Source of the DNA: Bdellovibrionales bacterium | Lineage (GTDB): Bacteria > Bdellovibrionota > Bdellovibrionia > Bdellovibrionales > JAGQZY01 | Direction: 5' to 3' | NCBI GenBank assembly: GCA_965219545.1 | Contig: CBDCNX010000022.1 | Coordinates: forward strand, 474-64,473 | DNA: 64,000 nt | Part shown: piece after piece, positions 10,387 through 21,621 of the stretch | How positions within the stretch are numbered: the stretch's first letter is position 1 | Layout of the letters: each line of letters opens with the position of its first letter | Made by a program: the position numbers and the translations under genes | The notes under the pieces: model-generated | Told to the model about the DNA's origin: nothing | Seen by the model: the letters and a program-made list of their open reading frames with translations, nothing else | The model's database searches: none

Positions 10387-11539
10387 TTAAAACCCATGCA
10401 AGGCCATTTCAATGGCTTTTGCATAAGGAAGAACGGTGATTTTACCCATTTTCAAGGCCCGATCCCCCCGATACACACCAAAAGCCCGATGGATGTCCCC
10501 TGAGTTTAACAAAACATTCAACCCTTTGTTGAATTTTTCTTTCCAGAGATTTGAGGATTTTATTTCAAATCCAATGGATCTGGATCCCTTTTTCCATATA
10601 AGGTCCACTTCATTACCCGATTCCGTCCGCCAGTAAAAAAACCTGGCTCCATGGGACTTCCATGAATTGATAGCTTTAAACTCATTGAGAACAAAAGTTT
10701 CAAACAAAAGCCCTGTTTCATTTTTTGAAGGTTTATCCCTGTGGAGTCCTGCCAGAGCCCGTTGGACACCACAATCAAAAAGGTGGAATTTGGCGTGGGC
10801 GATTTCTTTCACCTTGGCTTTATTACGATAGGCGGGTAAGTGCCAACCCAAAAGAGTGTCCTCAAGAATGCTGAAGTAACCCTGTACTGTGGATCGGGCA
10901 ACACCAACATCTCTGGCAATATTGGTTATATTCAGAATTTGTCCGTTCATCAAGGCTGTAACGGATAGAAACCGATAGAATTATCAAGATTTCTCACAAG
11001 AGCTTCCTGTTGAATTTCCTCTTTTAAATAAGTTTCTATGTAAGCGTCCAGAAATTCGATTTTATCTTTTGAAGTGGACTCTGTTACACTTAACGGCAAT
11101 TGTCCGTAGCGGATTGTCTCTGACAGTTTGAAATTTTTGCCAATTTCAAGTTTACTGAGTGGAAACATCTTTTTTAACAAGGCCCGACCGGCAAGCATAT
11201 TGGCCTGGGATCTTTTAAGTTGTCGGGCACTGGAGCCGGAGAGTGCAAACCGGTAACTGTTTTGACTTTCAAACAACAGGTTGTGAATTTCATTCAATAA
11301 TTCAGGAAGTTTTTGTATTTCGTCAATGATGACCCAGGCCTTTTTGTTTTTCAGTGCGAGGACTTCCTGTCTGAAAAGGGATGGGTTTCTTTTGTATTTT
11401 AAATATTCACTGGATCTGAGTAGATTGATACTCAAGGCCGCATGGGACAGGTGTTGTTGCAGCCACACGGACTTACCTGTTCCCCGTGGTCCGAAAGAAA
11501 AAAACTTTTTTTGGGTAAAATGAGGAGTCGTGGATACAT
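10387..11539 (-). CDS. AAA+ ATPase (AAA_14) with DUF4143 C-terminus, two frameshifts
   Basis: ATG at 11539; GPRGTGKS Walker A out of frame by one base in a T run; IIDEIQK Walker B; YWRTESGNEVDLI...FEIKSS PD-(D/E)xK tail. Confidence 0.85.
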
Positions 11540-11675
11540 ATCATCAATTCCGTTAAATTTACTGTAAATATAACGGATCTACAAACAGTTGTCAAGACAG
11601 GCTTTTTCAGGACCGACCCAGGTACGGTTTAAATCAGGATTGAACCCCAAAACATATAAACCACCCAAAGATATC

Positions 11676-12635
11676 TCAAGCGGCTTTCTCCTCTGAATCC
11701 AGATTTTGTATCCGGTTGAGGAATGTCCTGTGAAAGGACTCGATTCTTTCTTTAAGCCATTCAAATAATTCCGGCCATTTTTTTTCGTTTGAAAGATCTC
11801 CTGAAATGTATTGGATAATCCGACTCTCTTTTTTGTCTGGTAATTCCCGCCATTCCAGATTGGTTCCCAATTCCTCTTCAATCTCTTTTTTATCTTCCCT
11901 GAGTTCATAAAATCCGGATTGTGTCTTTCTAATATTTAATTCACAGCCAATCCTGTTTTTTAGGGAACTGACAGTGAGACGAATCGAAAAACCGGACTTT
12001 CCCACATAAAAGATATACCGATGGTTAAATGATGGTTTGGGTAGCTTTAATGAAGTTTTGTGTTCCTCCATATATTCCACCAATCCCGTCCAGAAATTTC
12101 CCTGAAGAATTTTTGTTTCTGTCAATTGATTCTCTGAACGGGTGATTCTTTTTGCCCACTCATTGGGCTGAGAGACCAGATTAAATTTTGGAGCAGTTTT
12201 GGAATCCCCTATCCTCCAAAGCTTTATTTCCAGGCCGAAAAACAAAACACCCTCAACAGTTTTTTCATTGAGCCAGTCAAGAGCTTTTCTATGCTCTTCG
12301 CAAATTTTTTCGGCAATCCATACAACAGCTTTCGCAGAATGCCCGGCAGCATAGGTCAATAATTGTCCAAGATGCTTGTGATCGGTTTTTTCCAACTGAT
12401 TTTCAACAACAACATACTGATCTGAATCCATTTCTTTGGCCAGAATATCCACTTTAAAATTACTTTGGTCCCCTATTGGTTGCTCAACGCCCACCAATTC
12501 AAGATCCATTTGAATGGTTTTTCCCAAAAGATCCAGATTTTTCTCTTCGGCTAACCAGGGAGTGAAGTCTTCGGCCTCGTCTTTCCAATGCTCTCTTAAT
12601 TTTACTTCTTTTAACTCTCCAAAAGATTTACCCAT
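11676..12635 (-). CDS. DUF4268-containing protein with N-terminal NucS-like endonuclease fold
   Basis: EAEDFTPWL, VDILAK...VVENQLEKTDHKHLGQLLTYAAG; C-terminal IEEELGTNLEW...SRI. Confidence 0.8.
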   Translation of the reverse strand: MGKSFGELKEVKLREHWKDEAEDFTPWLAEEKNLDLLGKTIQMDLELVGVEQPIGDQSNFKVDILAKEMDSDQYVVVENQLEKTDHKHLGQLLTYAAGHSAKAVVWIAEKICEEHRKALDWLNEKTVEGVLFFGLEIKLWRIGDSKTAPKFNLVSQPNEWAKRITRSENQLTETKILQGNFWTGLVEYMEEHKTSLKLPKPSFNHRYIFYVGKSGFSIRLTVSSLKNRIGCELNIRKTQSGFYELREDKKEIEEELGTNLEWRELPDKKESRIIQYISGDLSNEKKWPELFEWLKERIESFHRTFLNRIQNLDSEEKAA

Positions 12636-12829
12636 TTCAATAATCTCCTTTTTGATTTATTTAAAATTATGTAAGACTATCGGCCTGTTTTAGAATGAAC
12701 TTGAGGGATTTTTTTATGGTTAAAAAAAATCCTTGTCCCTGATTGATTTGTTTTGAGACACCGATCCCTGATCACTCCAAAAGCAAAAAATCCAGAGAAA
12801 CAGACAGATTTTATTTAATTTAATACAAA

Positions 12830-13207
12830 CTATATATCAAGTAATATCTTTCTACATCTTTCATTTGATTTTAAAGAGATTAGGTCTTTATGTTCATCAA
12901 TTAACTTCACTAGACAATCACGAATAATCTTACAGACGAAATTTTTTGTTTTTTCCGCTTCTGAAGGATTGTTAAATGGATTAGACTCATCACCATGAAC
13001 AATTCTGCTTCTTATAGAATACACATTTTTCAATTTTTTATAGAATTTTTCATCTTTTGGTTTAAGTAATTTTAAAATAGAACCACATACTTTAAATGAT
13101 GTATCGCGTTCTTCTCCAAAAAGTGATTCCCAAGCGATTACTCCATCAATTATTGCATCAATTATTGCATCAATAGAATTTTGGCGTTCAGAAAGTATTA
13201 GATGCAA
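12830..13207 (-). pseudogene. C-terminal fragment of an ApeA-like HEPN protein
   Basis: IAWESLFG...LKNVYSIRSRIVHG (RxxxxH); no N-terminal domain or good start. Confidence 0.6.
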
Positions 13208-13301
13208 TCGATCAAATGCAATTTGAAAATGTTCATAAGTAGCAAGTTATAATAATAGGAAAATTCTCACTAATGCCAGCTTTTCCAGTCAAGTCAGGAA
13301 A

Positions 13302-13720
13302 GTGGTTAGTAAGCTGGAGTGGGCTTATGTTTGTGTTCTTGCTACTCCTATTATTACGGCTTCCGTTGTTATTGGTATATTTGGTACTCCTGCCGCCATT
13401 CCTGCTGCTGTTCTTTCAGGAATTGGTGGTGTTATTTGCCTGATTGTGAATAAAAGAAATGCAAGTGATCAGATGAATCAAATACATGATGGAATAAATC
13501 AGTTAAGAGAGAACAATCAACAATTGAGGGAAGATAATCAGAGGCTGATGGAGAATGACCAGAGATTGAGAAATGAAATCAATGAAAATTGAGGGAGGAT
13601 ATTCAGGGGTTAAGGGAAGATAGTAAGAGGTTGCTAGAGAATGACCAGAGGCTGATGGAAGAGGATGAAAGACTAATGGAGGAGATTTCTAAACTCAAAC
13701 AAGCCCAACAAAACGATTAG
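13302..13720 (+). CDS. membrane-anchored coiled-coil protein with heptad repeats, one frameshift near 13588
   Basis: two hydrophobic helices then L-x-E-[DN]-x-Q-[RQ] heptads, which continue past the stop in another frame to TAG at 13720. Confidence 0.5.
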
Positions 13721-13758
13721 AAATCAAAAAAACATCCATGAACTAAAAACTCCTAATC

Positions 13759-13800
13759 CTATGTGGCCGTCAGGCAGAGTACCCCAGGCTTGCCAGGGGG
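13759..13800 (+). repeat. hairpin repeat resembling IS200/IS605-type ends (second copy 43527-43569)
   Basis: ctatgtggccgtcaggcagagtaccccaggcttgccaggggg vs ctatgtgaccgtcaggtagagtaaccccgggcttgcccgtggg. Confidence 0.6.
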
Positions 13801-14247
13801 TGAATAAACCCGACGAGTGATACTTGCACAAATCATGCTAAGATAGGGTATGGATGTTATAAAGTTATCTCATAGTGTCTATTTTATGATTTCAATTCTT
13901 GCTTAGTCAGAAAAGTGAATTTTTGAATAAAAGAGTCCATTACAGAGAAATTTTCTGCCAGCTTCTTTTGAGTGACTTTAAAAATTTTCATAACAACCTT
14001 CTGGGGATTTTGTTCTTAATTTCCATATTCGACTGGATATGGATAGTCTAATTGATTTGCTGTATTTTAGGCATATTTTAAGTAAATAGGGTTAAAAAAG
14101 GAGAAATTGAAAATTTGTAAAGATTGCAAATATCTGGTAAGTATTGGTTATTATAAAAAAGTTGGGGAATTGATGGGAATTCGTAAAATTTCAAAATACG
14201 ATCAGTATATTTGTCAAATCAACGTATAAAAGCCGAAGGGGGGAAAT

Positions 14248-15099
14248 GTGCTTGTAAAAAAATTAGGAGTTGTTGGGGCCGGTCAGATGGGTTCGGGGAT
14301 TGCCCAGGTTTTTGCGGCTGCTCAGGTACCGGTCGCTTTGCTTGATACAGATAAAACCGTTCTGGAAAAAGGTTTTTCCACGATCAGTAAGAGTTGTGAC
14401 CGCCTTGTGAAAAAAGAAAAACTCACTGAGGAAGGGAAAAGAAATTTACTTTCAAAAATCACATTATCCACAGATAAAAGGGATTTTCATGATTGTGATT
14501 TTGTTATAGAGGCTGTCACTGAAAACTTAAAAATCAAGATGGATATTTTCCTGGAACTTGATGAAATTACTGATAAAAAAACCATACTTTGCACCAATAC
14601 ATCCTCTCTTTCCATCACTAAAATTGCCGGGGCTACAAAGAGGCCGGAACAGGTCATGGGGATGCACTTTATGAATCCTGTTCCCCTGATGGTTTTGGTT
14701 GAGGGGATTCGCGGTCTTCAGACTTCCGATGGAACCTTTGAAAGGGTCAAAGCTGTTACTGAAAATCTGGGGAAGGTTTTTGTTGAGGGTCGGGACACAC
14801 CCGGTTTTATTGTCAACCGCATCCTTATGCCCATGATTAACGAGGCTGTTTACGCTCTCTATGAAGGGGTGGCCAGTGAAAAGGATATTGATTCAGCCAT
14901 GAAACTTGGGACCAACCAACCCATGGGTCCCCTGACCCTGGCTGACTTTATCGGTCTTGATACCTGCATTGCCATTATGAATGTTTTGCATCAGGGTTTT
15001 GGGGACAGTAAATACCGCCCCTGTCCCCTATTGGTTAAGTATGTGGAGGCGGGTTGGTTTGGAAGGAAATCAGGCCGTGGATTTTTTGACTACAGTTGA
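14248..15099 (+). CDS. hbd: 3-hydroxybutyryl-CoA dehydrogenase
   Basis: VVGAGQMGSGIA Rossmann motif, IEAVTE, TNTSSLSIT, GMHFMNPVP, PMGPLTLADFIGLD. Confidence 0.93.
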   Translation: MLVKKLGVVGAGQMGSGIAQVFAAAQVPVALLDTDKTVLEKGFSTISKSCDRLVKKEKLTEEGKRNLLSKITLSTDKRDFHDCDFVIEAVTENLKIKMDIFLELDEITDKKTILCTNTSSLSITKIAGATKRPEQVMGMHFMNPVPLMVLVEGIRGLQTSDGTFERVKAVTENLGKVFVEGRDTPGFIVNRILMPMINEAVYALYEGVASEKDIDSAMKLGTNQPMGPLTLADFIGLDTCIAIMNVLHQGFGDSKYRPCPLLVKYVEAGWFGRKSGRGFFDYS

Positions 15100-15170
15100 T
15101 TGTATTTGAATTTTTAGAGAGTTTTTTTAAGAGGTTATTCTTCTAGGAAGGTTTCTTATTAAGGGAGTTT

Positions 15171-18100
15171 ATGTCGTTGACCCATCCTGTTCGCATTATC
15201 ACTGCCACCAGTCTTTTTGACGGTCACGATGCCACCATCAACATGATCCGAAGACTCTTGCAGGATGCGGGAGCCGAGGTGATTCACCTGGGGCATAATC
15301 GAAGTGTTCTTGAGGTGGTCACAGCCGCTTTGCAGGAAGGGGCCCAGGGAATTTGTCTGTCCTCCTATCAGGGGGGACATATTGAATATTTCAAGTACAT
15401 GAAAGATCTTTTTAAAGAGGCGGGGGCTGATTATGTGAAAATTTTTGGCGGCGGTGGCGGGGTGATTGTTCACGAAGAAAAAAAAGAGCTGGAGGATTAC
15501 GGTATTGATTTTATTTTTCATCCTGATGATGGCCGTCGTATGGGGCTTGAGGGAATGACTGATCTCATCATGGAAAAATGTGATTTTTCCCTTCAGGAAG
15601 TGACTCAAAAAAAAGGGGATTTTGAGAAAATGCCCCACAGGCTTTTGGGTTTGGTTCTCGATGCCATTGATAACGGGAAAAAACCTCCAGCCGGTCTGAT
15701 GGATCGGTTTTCTTCCATAAAACAGGATCAACCTCCATTGACTTTGGGAGTGACAGGAACAGGTGGAGCCGGAAAATCCAGTCTTGTGGATGAATTGATC
15801 CAGCGTTTTTTAAATGTCTATCCGGGTTTAAAACTGGCTGTTGTCTGTGTGGATCCTTCAAAGAAAAAAACGGGAGGCTCTCTTCTTGGGGACAGGATCC
15901 GTATGAACTCCCTTTCACGTCCGGGTGTGTTCATGCGTTCTGTGGCCTCCCGTGGGTCGGGTCAGGAGATTGCCGATTCCATCCCAAAGATGATTGATTT
16001 TTTAAAAAGTCTCAATTTTGATTTGATCCTGGTTGAAACTTCGGGAATCGGGCAGGCCAATATGGCTATCACCCGGATCTCTGATTTCAGTCTCTATGTG
16101 ATGACTTCAGAGTTTGGAGCCCAGTCACAACTTGAAAAAATTGATATGATTGACTACGCCCGTTTCATTGCCATCAACAAGGCCGATCACAGGGGCTCTG
16201 CCGATGCCTTAAGGGATGTGAGAAAACAGTACAAAAGATCCCATAAGGTGTTTGAGGCTGAAGATGAATCTTTGCCTGTGTTTCTCACCCAGGCGGCCCA
16301 GTTTAACGATCTGGGGGTGAATAAACTTTTTTTTGGGATCGTGGATTATTTGTCCACCCGGGATGATTGCTGGTCACTCACTGAAGAGGAAAAACAAAAA
16401 ATGGGTGGGGTGCAAAGGCAGAGAATCATTCCATCGGAAAGGCAAAATTATCTGACTCAAATCACGGAAACCATTCGCAGTTATAAAAGGCAAACCCTGG
16501 AGCTTGCGGGAAAAGCCTCAAAGCTTGGAAGCTTTTATCAACTCAAGGACGAATTGGATAAACTGAATTATGGCTTCGATATTTTGGGGAAAGAGAAGTC
16601 CCTTTTGGATTCAAATGAAGTGGGTTTGAAAACCCATCCTGAAATCGAGGAAAAAGCTCCATCAGATATAAAAAACAAGTCCGAAGTTTCCAAACTTGAG
16701 GAAAAACTGAAAAAAGACATTCCGCCTGAAGATCTTAAAAAACTGGAAGCCTGGGATCAGATGCTTGAAACCTACAGGTCTCCTGAATACGTCTATGAGG
16801 TAAGGGGAAGGGAGATCAGGCAGCCCCTTTTTTATAAATCCTTAAGCGGAACCCCTGTGGCCCGGGTGACTCCCCCTGATTTAACGGACTGGGGGGATCG
16901 GCTGAAGTTTTTAAGGCTTGAAAATATGCCGGGGCATTTTCCCTACACGGCAGGGGTTTTCCCTTTAAAACGGGCGGGCGAGGATCCCACCCGTATGTTT
17001 GCAGGAGAAGGCCCTCCTGAGAGAACCAACAAACGTTTCCATTATCTTTCAAAAGGGATTCCTGCAAAAAGGCTTTCAACGGCTTTTGATTCAGTCACTC
17101 TCTATGGTTTTGATCCCAATGAGAGGCCGGATATTTTCGGCAAAGTGGGGGAAAGCGGGGTGAGTGTTTGCAGCCTTGATGACATGAAAAAACTTTATCA
17201 GGGTTTTGATCTCTGTTCCCCCAATACTTCTGTGAGTATGACCATCAACGGGCCTGCTCCCATGATTCTGGCCTTCTTTTTTAACACGGCCATGGATCAG
17301 CTCATTGAGAAAAGAAAAAAGGAAAAAGGCGGGGATTTGACTCAAAAGGAAATGGAGGAAACAAAAGATGAAGCCCTTAGGTCTGTCCGTGGGACTGTGC
17401 AGGCTGATATTCTCAAAGAGGATCAGGGTCAGAATACCTGTATTTTTTCCATTGATTTCGCCTTGAAAATGATGGGTGATATTCAGGAGTATTTTAACAG
17501 GAAGTCCATCAGAAATTTTTATTCCGTCAGTATTTCCGGTTATCATATCGCCGAAGCCGGAGCCAATCCCATCAGTCAGGTGGCCTTTACTTTGAGTAAT
17601 GCCTTTACCTTTGTTGAGTATTACCTGGCCCGTGGAATGAAGGTGGATGATTTTGCCCCCAATCTTTCTTTTTTCTTCAGCAATGGTATGGATCCCGAAT
17701 ACTCAGTCATTGGAAGGGTGGCCCGAAGAATCTGGGCTGTTGCCATGGCAAAGGTTTATGGAGCCGGTGCCAGATCCCAAAAGTTGAAATACCATGTCCA
17801 GACATCCGGTCGTTCTCTCCATGCCCAGGAAATTGCTTTTAATGATATCAGAACCACTTTACAGGCTCTGCTTGCCATTTATGATTCCTGCAACTCCCTT
17901 CACACTAATGCCTTTGATGAGGCCATCACAACACCCACTGAGGAATCAGTCAGAAGGGCCATGGCCATTCAGATGATTATCAATAAGGAGTTTGGGGTGG
18001 CAAAAAACGAAAACCCCAATCAGGGTTCTTATTTTTTGACGGAACTCACTGATCTTGTGGAAGAGGCCATTCTTTCGGAATTTGTCCGTATCAGTGAAAG

Positions 18101-18497
18101 AGGGGGAGTGCTTGGAGCCATGGAAACCCAGTATCAGAGAGGGAAAATTCAGGAAGAGTCCATGTATTATGAACAACTCAAGCACTCTGGAAAACTTCCC
18201 CTCATTGGGGTTAATCAGTTTGTTGATCCAAAAACCCTGAAAGAGGACTATGTTCCACAAAGTATCGAATTGGCCAGGGCCTCTTATGAGGAAAAAACAG
18301 GACAGATTGAACGGCTCACAGCTTTTCAGGAAAAGCACAAGGATTCTGCACAAAAGGCACTGACTGACTTAAAACTCTCCGCTTTAAGAGGTGATAATAT
18401 TTTTGAAGCTCTGATGAAGGCCTCCCGTATCTGCTCCCTTTACCAGATGACCCAGGCCCTTTTTGAAGTGGGTGGAAAGTATCGCCGGAATCTTTGA
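15171..18497 (+). CDS. icmF: fused isobutyryl-CoA mutase/GTPase IcmF
   Basis: B12-binding FDGHD domain, MeaI GTPase (GTGGAGKSS), mutase domain (PTRMFAGEG, RLSTAFDSVTLYG); 1108 aa. Confidence 0.95.
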   Translation: MSLTHPVRIITATSLFDGHDATINMIRRLLQDAGAEVIHLGHNRSVLEVVTAALQEGAQGICLSSYQGGHIEYFKYMKDLFKEAGADYVKIFGGGGGVIVHEEKKELEDYGIDFIFHPDDGRRMGLEGMTDLIMEKCDFSLQEVTQKKGDFEKMPHRLLGLVLDAIDNGKKPPAGLMDRFSSIKQDQPPLTLGVTGTGGAGKSSLVDELIQRFLNVYPGLKLAVVCVDPSKKKTGGSLLGDRIRMNSLSRPGVFMRSVASRGSGQEIADSIPKMIDFLKSLNFDLILVETSGIGQANMAITRISDFSLYVMTSEFGAQSQLEKIDMIDYARFIAINKADHRGSADALRDVRKQYKRSHKVFEAEDESLPVFLTQAAQFNDLGVNKLFFGIVDYLSTRDDCWSLTEEEKQKMGGVQRQRIIPSERQNYLTQITETIRSYKRQTLELAGKASKLGSFYQLKDELDKLNYGFDILGKEKSLLDSNEVGLKTHPEIEEKAPSDIKNKSEVSKLEEKLKKDIPPEDLKKLEAWDQMLETYRSPEYVYEVRGREIRQPLFYKSLSGTPVARVTPPDLTDWGDRLKFLRLENMPGHFPYTAGVFPLKRAGEDPTRMFAGEGPPERTNKRFHYLSKGIPAKRLSTAFDSVTLYGFDPNERPDIFGKVGESGVSVCSLDDMKKLYQGFDLCSPNTSVSMTINGPAPMILAFFFNTAMDQLIEKRKKEKGGDLTQKEMEETKDEALRSVRGTVQADILKEDQGQNTCIFSIDFALKMMGDIQEYFNRKSIRNFYSVSISGYHIAEAGANPISQVAFTLSNAFTFVEYYLARGMKVDDFAPNLSFFFSNGMDPEYSVIGRVARRIWAVAMAKVYGAGARSQKLKYHVQTSGRSLHAQEIAFNDIRTTLQALLAIYDSCNSLHTNAFDEAITTPTEESVRRAMAIQMIINKEFGVAKNENPNQGSYFLTELTDLVEEAILSEFVRISERGGVLGAMETQYQRGKIQEESMYYEQLKHSGKLPLIGVNQFVDPKTLKEDYVPQSIELARASYEEKTGQIERLTAFQEKHKDSAQKALTDLKLSALRGDNIFEALMKASRICSLYQMTQALFEVGGKYRRNL

Positions 18498-19526
18498 TTT
18501 CTCAGTGTTAATCAGTAAAGTTTTAAAAACAAATTCCAGAATGTGGATGAATTTGCAGATACAGCTTGATCTCTGGGAAGCTGAAAAAGTTGCATAAAAA
18601 TATAAGTAGATGAGGATAGCTCTGAATCATTAAATCAGATAAAAATTCAAAAATTGGATCATCTTTCTCAATTTTAGGGAAGTTGCCACCGCATTTTTCT
18701 CTAAGATCATTAAAAACTGAAGGTTCTATTTGTGCAAATTGCGGCTCAGGACTTCTTATAGAATAGCCACAGTCCTCATTGATACTTGAGAGTCGACATT
18801 TCTTCTGTATAGTATAAAGGCTTATTAACGCATCTAGTCTGGATTGGATTAGTATTTAGTTCTTGAAATCTGGTTTGGTTGTTAATCTCACCACTATAAT
18901 TGATAACATACTGAATGAATTTAATTCCGAAATGTGTCTTAACGATTTTATAATTTGTTTCATTCATTGTTTTTCTTGTAAGCAGTATAATTATCGGTGA
19001 AAATAACTCTTATATCGAATTTCTATATTACTGTTTTACAACATATCTTTCAACTCTTTTATGAATGGAATAATCGTTAAAACATGGAAAAGTTGGGCTC
19101 AGAAAATACAAAGGTTGAATATCATGATCTTATTGATGATCTTTTTATGAGGATTTTTTATTAAGAGGAAGTATCATCAAGAAATGGTTTAGGGTTCATA
19201 TGGTGAAGGAAAGGCTTGCTTCACTTACATGGTAACTGACACTTCCCGCTTGGCGGGAATCTTCATCAAGGAGAATACGTTTTTCATAACAGGCTCCAAG
19301 GAGATGGTATCGTTCAAGGAGAGACTGATCAGTGGTAAGTAAAGAGATAGTTCTTAAATACTCTATAATTCCTTGGCAGAATCAGTGGGTAATCAAGTCA
19401 TTTTGAAAAAACCTCCAGGACAAACCACTATCCCGTCATTTTTTAAGGCACTTTATTTGGATTTATAACTTGAAGTCAATTAAAAAGGTGGATATATACT
19501 GTTCTTCTTGAATTTTCAGGTATTTT

Positions 19527-21485
19527 ATGGGAATTATGGGAACAATGAAAAAAACAAGTCTTTTATTATGTGCTTTATTGGTGGGTTGTGTCCACAAGAC
19601 TTTAACGACCTACTCCGGGCACGGTTCGGAATCCCTTTCACCGGAGATTCTTGAAAAATTTGCACCAAAACCGGTGGCACCGGAAAAACTCAATCGCATT
19701 GAGGCCATGCTTGATGTGCGGTCTCCGGGAATGGGAATACTCAGTCCTGATGGCAAGAACCTTTATTTTATTTGGAGTATTACCGGAACAAAACAGATAT
19801 GGAAATTAAATAAAAAATCCGGGTTTCCCATCCAAATGACAGGGGGTCAGGACAGGACGAGATTGCCAACCATCACTCCCGATGGAAAATATCTGGTTCT
19901 CTCCCGTGACGAAAAAGGCAATGAATATCCCTTTGTTTATCTTCAAAAAACCAGTGGTGGCCCCCTTGAATTTGTGGCCGGAAAAAAGAAAGTCATCAGT
20001 CATGCCCAGTTTGTCACTCCTGATTCCCGTTATCTTTATTACACAATGAATGATTCCAATCCCGTTATTCACAGTCTTTACAAGATGAATCTGAAAACCC
20101 GTAAAAAAACAAAAGTGCATCCCGGCATAAAAGGTTATATGCGGGTGGCTGATTATCGGAAAAACGGGGACATTTTACTGGTCAATTACAAGGGAAACAT
20201 TATGCAGGAGTATTTTCTGTTTAATGAAAAAACAGGGAAAACCACTCCTGTTGTCGGTCAGAATGAAATGGAAGAATATTCCGTTCGTTTTGCCCCGAAA
20301 AAAAATGAATATCTGGTTTTAACCAACAAGTTTGGTGAGTACCGCAGGCTCTATATTATGAAAAAGGGTCAGTTTAAGGCTGTCACTCCCAAGGTAAAAT
20401 ACGATGTGAGTTCCTTTGAGATCAGCCGTGACCGGTCCCGGATTCTCTATTCAGTCAATAAGGGTGGTTACACTGAAGTGAAAGCCATGAGAGCCGGTAA
20501 CTTTAAGAAAATCAGTATCCCGTTCAAGAAAACCCCGGGTGTTTTGCATATCTACTCCGGACAAACCACTTCCAATTCCCGTTATACGGTTTTTGGTGTT
20601 TCCAGGGCGAAAGCTCCGACGGCTTTTTATGTATTTGACTGGAAAACCGGTCGTAAGAAGCAGTGGACCTATCCGAGCAGCCCTGAAATCAATACGAAAA
20701 ATTTTATAGAACCAAAACTGGATTATTACACCAATCGTGAGGGTCTTAAAATTCCCATGTTTGTCATGCGTCCAAAGCAATGCGATAAAAAAGCCAACTG
20801 TCCGGTGATTGTCAGATTTCACGGGGGTCCTGAAGGCCAGGCCCGCCCCCGTTTTAAGCCAACCGATCAACTCTACATGGAGGAGGGTTTTATTCTCGTT
20901 CAACCCAATGTGCGGGGAAGTAACGGGTATGGCAAATCCTGGTTGAATGCTGATAATGGTTCCAAACGTTTGAACATTATCACTGATATTGAGGATGCTT
21001 CCAGATTTATAAAAAAGAACTGGGCTGTTAACGGCGTGGAACCCAAAGTGGGTGTGATGGGTGGCTCCTACGGGGGTTATTCAACCAATGTGGCCATGAC
21101 TTTGTTTGCCGGGGCCTATGATGTGGGGGTTTCCGCTGTGGGAATGAGTCATCTTGTGAGCTTTCTTGAAAACACGGGTCCCTATCGTCGTCATTTGCGG
21201 GTGACTGAGTACGGTGATCCTGTTAAGGACCGGAAGGCTCTCAATAAACTCTCACCCATGACCTATCTTGATAGAATTCAGGATCCCCTTTTGATTTTCC
21301 ACGGAGCCACGGACCCCAGGGTACCTGTGGGGGAGGCCATCCAGATTTATAATAAGATGAAGAGCAAGGGAATTGAGGGGGAATTGATTATTTTTCCCGA
21401 TGAGGGACATGGTATACGAAAGAGAAAAAACCGTGCCCTTTACATTGCCCGCACATTGAGTTTTTTCAAAAAACATTTACGTTAG
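19527..21485 (+). CDS. S9 family peptidase, lipoprotein
   Basis: lipobox LVGC, beta-propeller repeats, HGGPEGQ, GGSYGG, DPRVP, DEGHG. Confidence 0.92.
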   Translation: MGIMGTMKKTSLLLCALLVGCVHKTLTTYSGHGSESLSPEILEKFAPKPVAPEKLNRIEAMLDVRSPGMGILSPDGKNLYFIWSITGTKQIWKLNKKSGFPIQMTGGQDRTRLPTITPDGKYLVLSRDEKGNEYPFVYLQKTSGGPLEFVAGKKKVISHAQFVTPDSRYLYYTMNDSNPVIHSLYKMNLKTRKKTKVHPGIKGYMRVADYRKNGDILLVNYKGNIMQEYFLFNEKTGKTTPVVGQNEMEEYSVRFAPKKNEYLVLTNKFGEYRRLYIMKKGQFKAVTPKVKYDVSSFEISRDRSRILYSVNKGGYTEVKAMRAGNFKKISIPFKKTPGVLHIYSGQTTSNSRYTVFGVSRAKAPTAFYVFDWKTGRKKQWTYPSSPEINTKNFIEPKLDYYTNREGLKIPMFVMRPKQCDKKANCPVIVRFHGGPEGQARPRFKPTDQLYMEEGFILVQPNVRGSNGYGKSWLNADNGSKRLNIITDIEDASRFIKKNWAVNGVEPKVGVMGGSYGGYSTNVAMTLFAGAYDVGVSAVGMSHLVSFLENTGPYRRHLRVTEYGDPVKDRKALNKLSPMTYLDRIQDPLLIFHGATDPRVPVGEAIQIYNKMKSKGIEGELIIFPDEGHGIRKRKNRALYIARTLSFFKKHLR

Positions 21486-21621
21486 TTATCTGATTTCCAC
21501 GACATATTTGGGATTAAAAGGCTTATCTGTAACATCCAAATCTTTTTCAATAATGTCAACTCAGAATGACATTATTGTCTTTAATTTTTAGTGGAAAAGA
21601 GAATCTATTTGAGCCTGTAAT

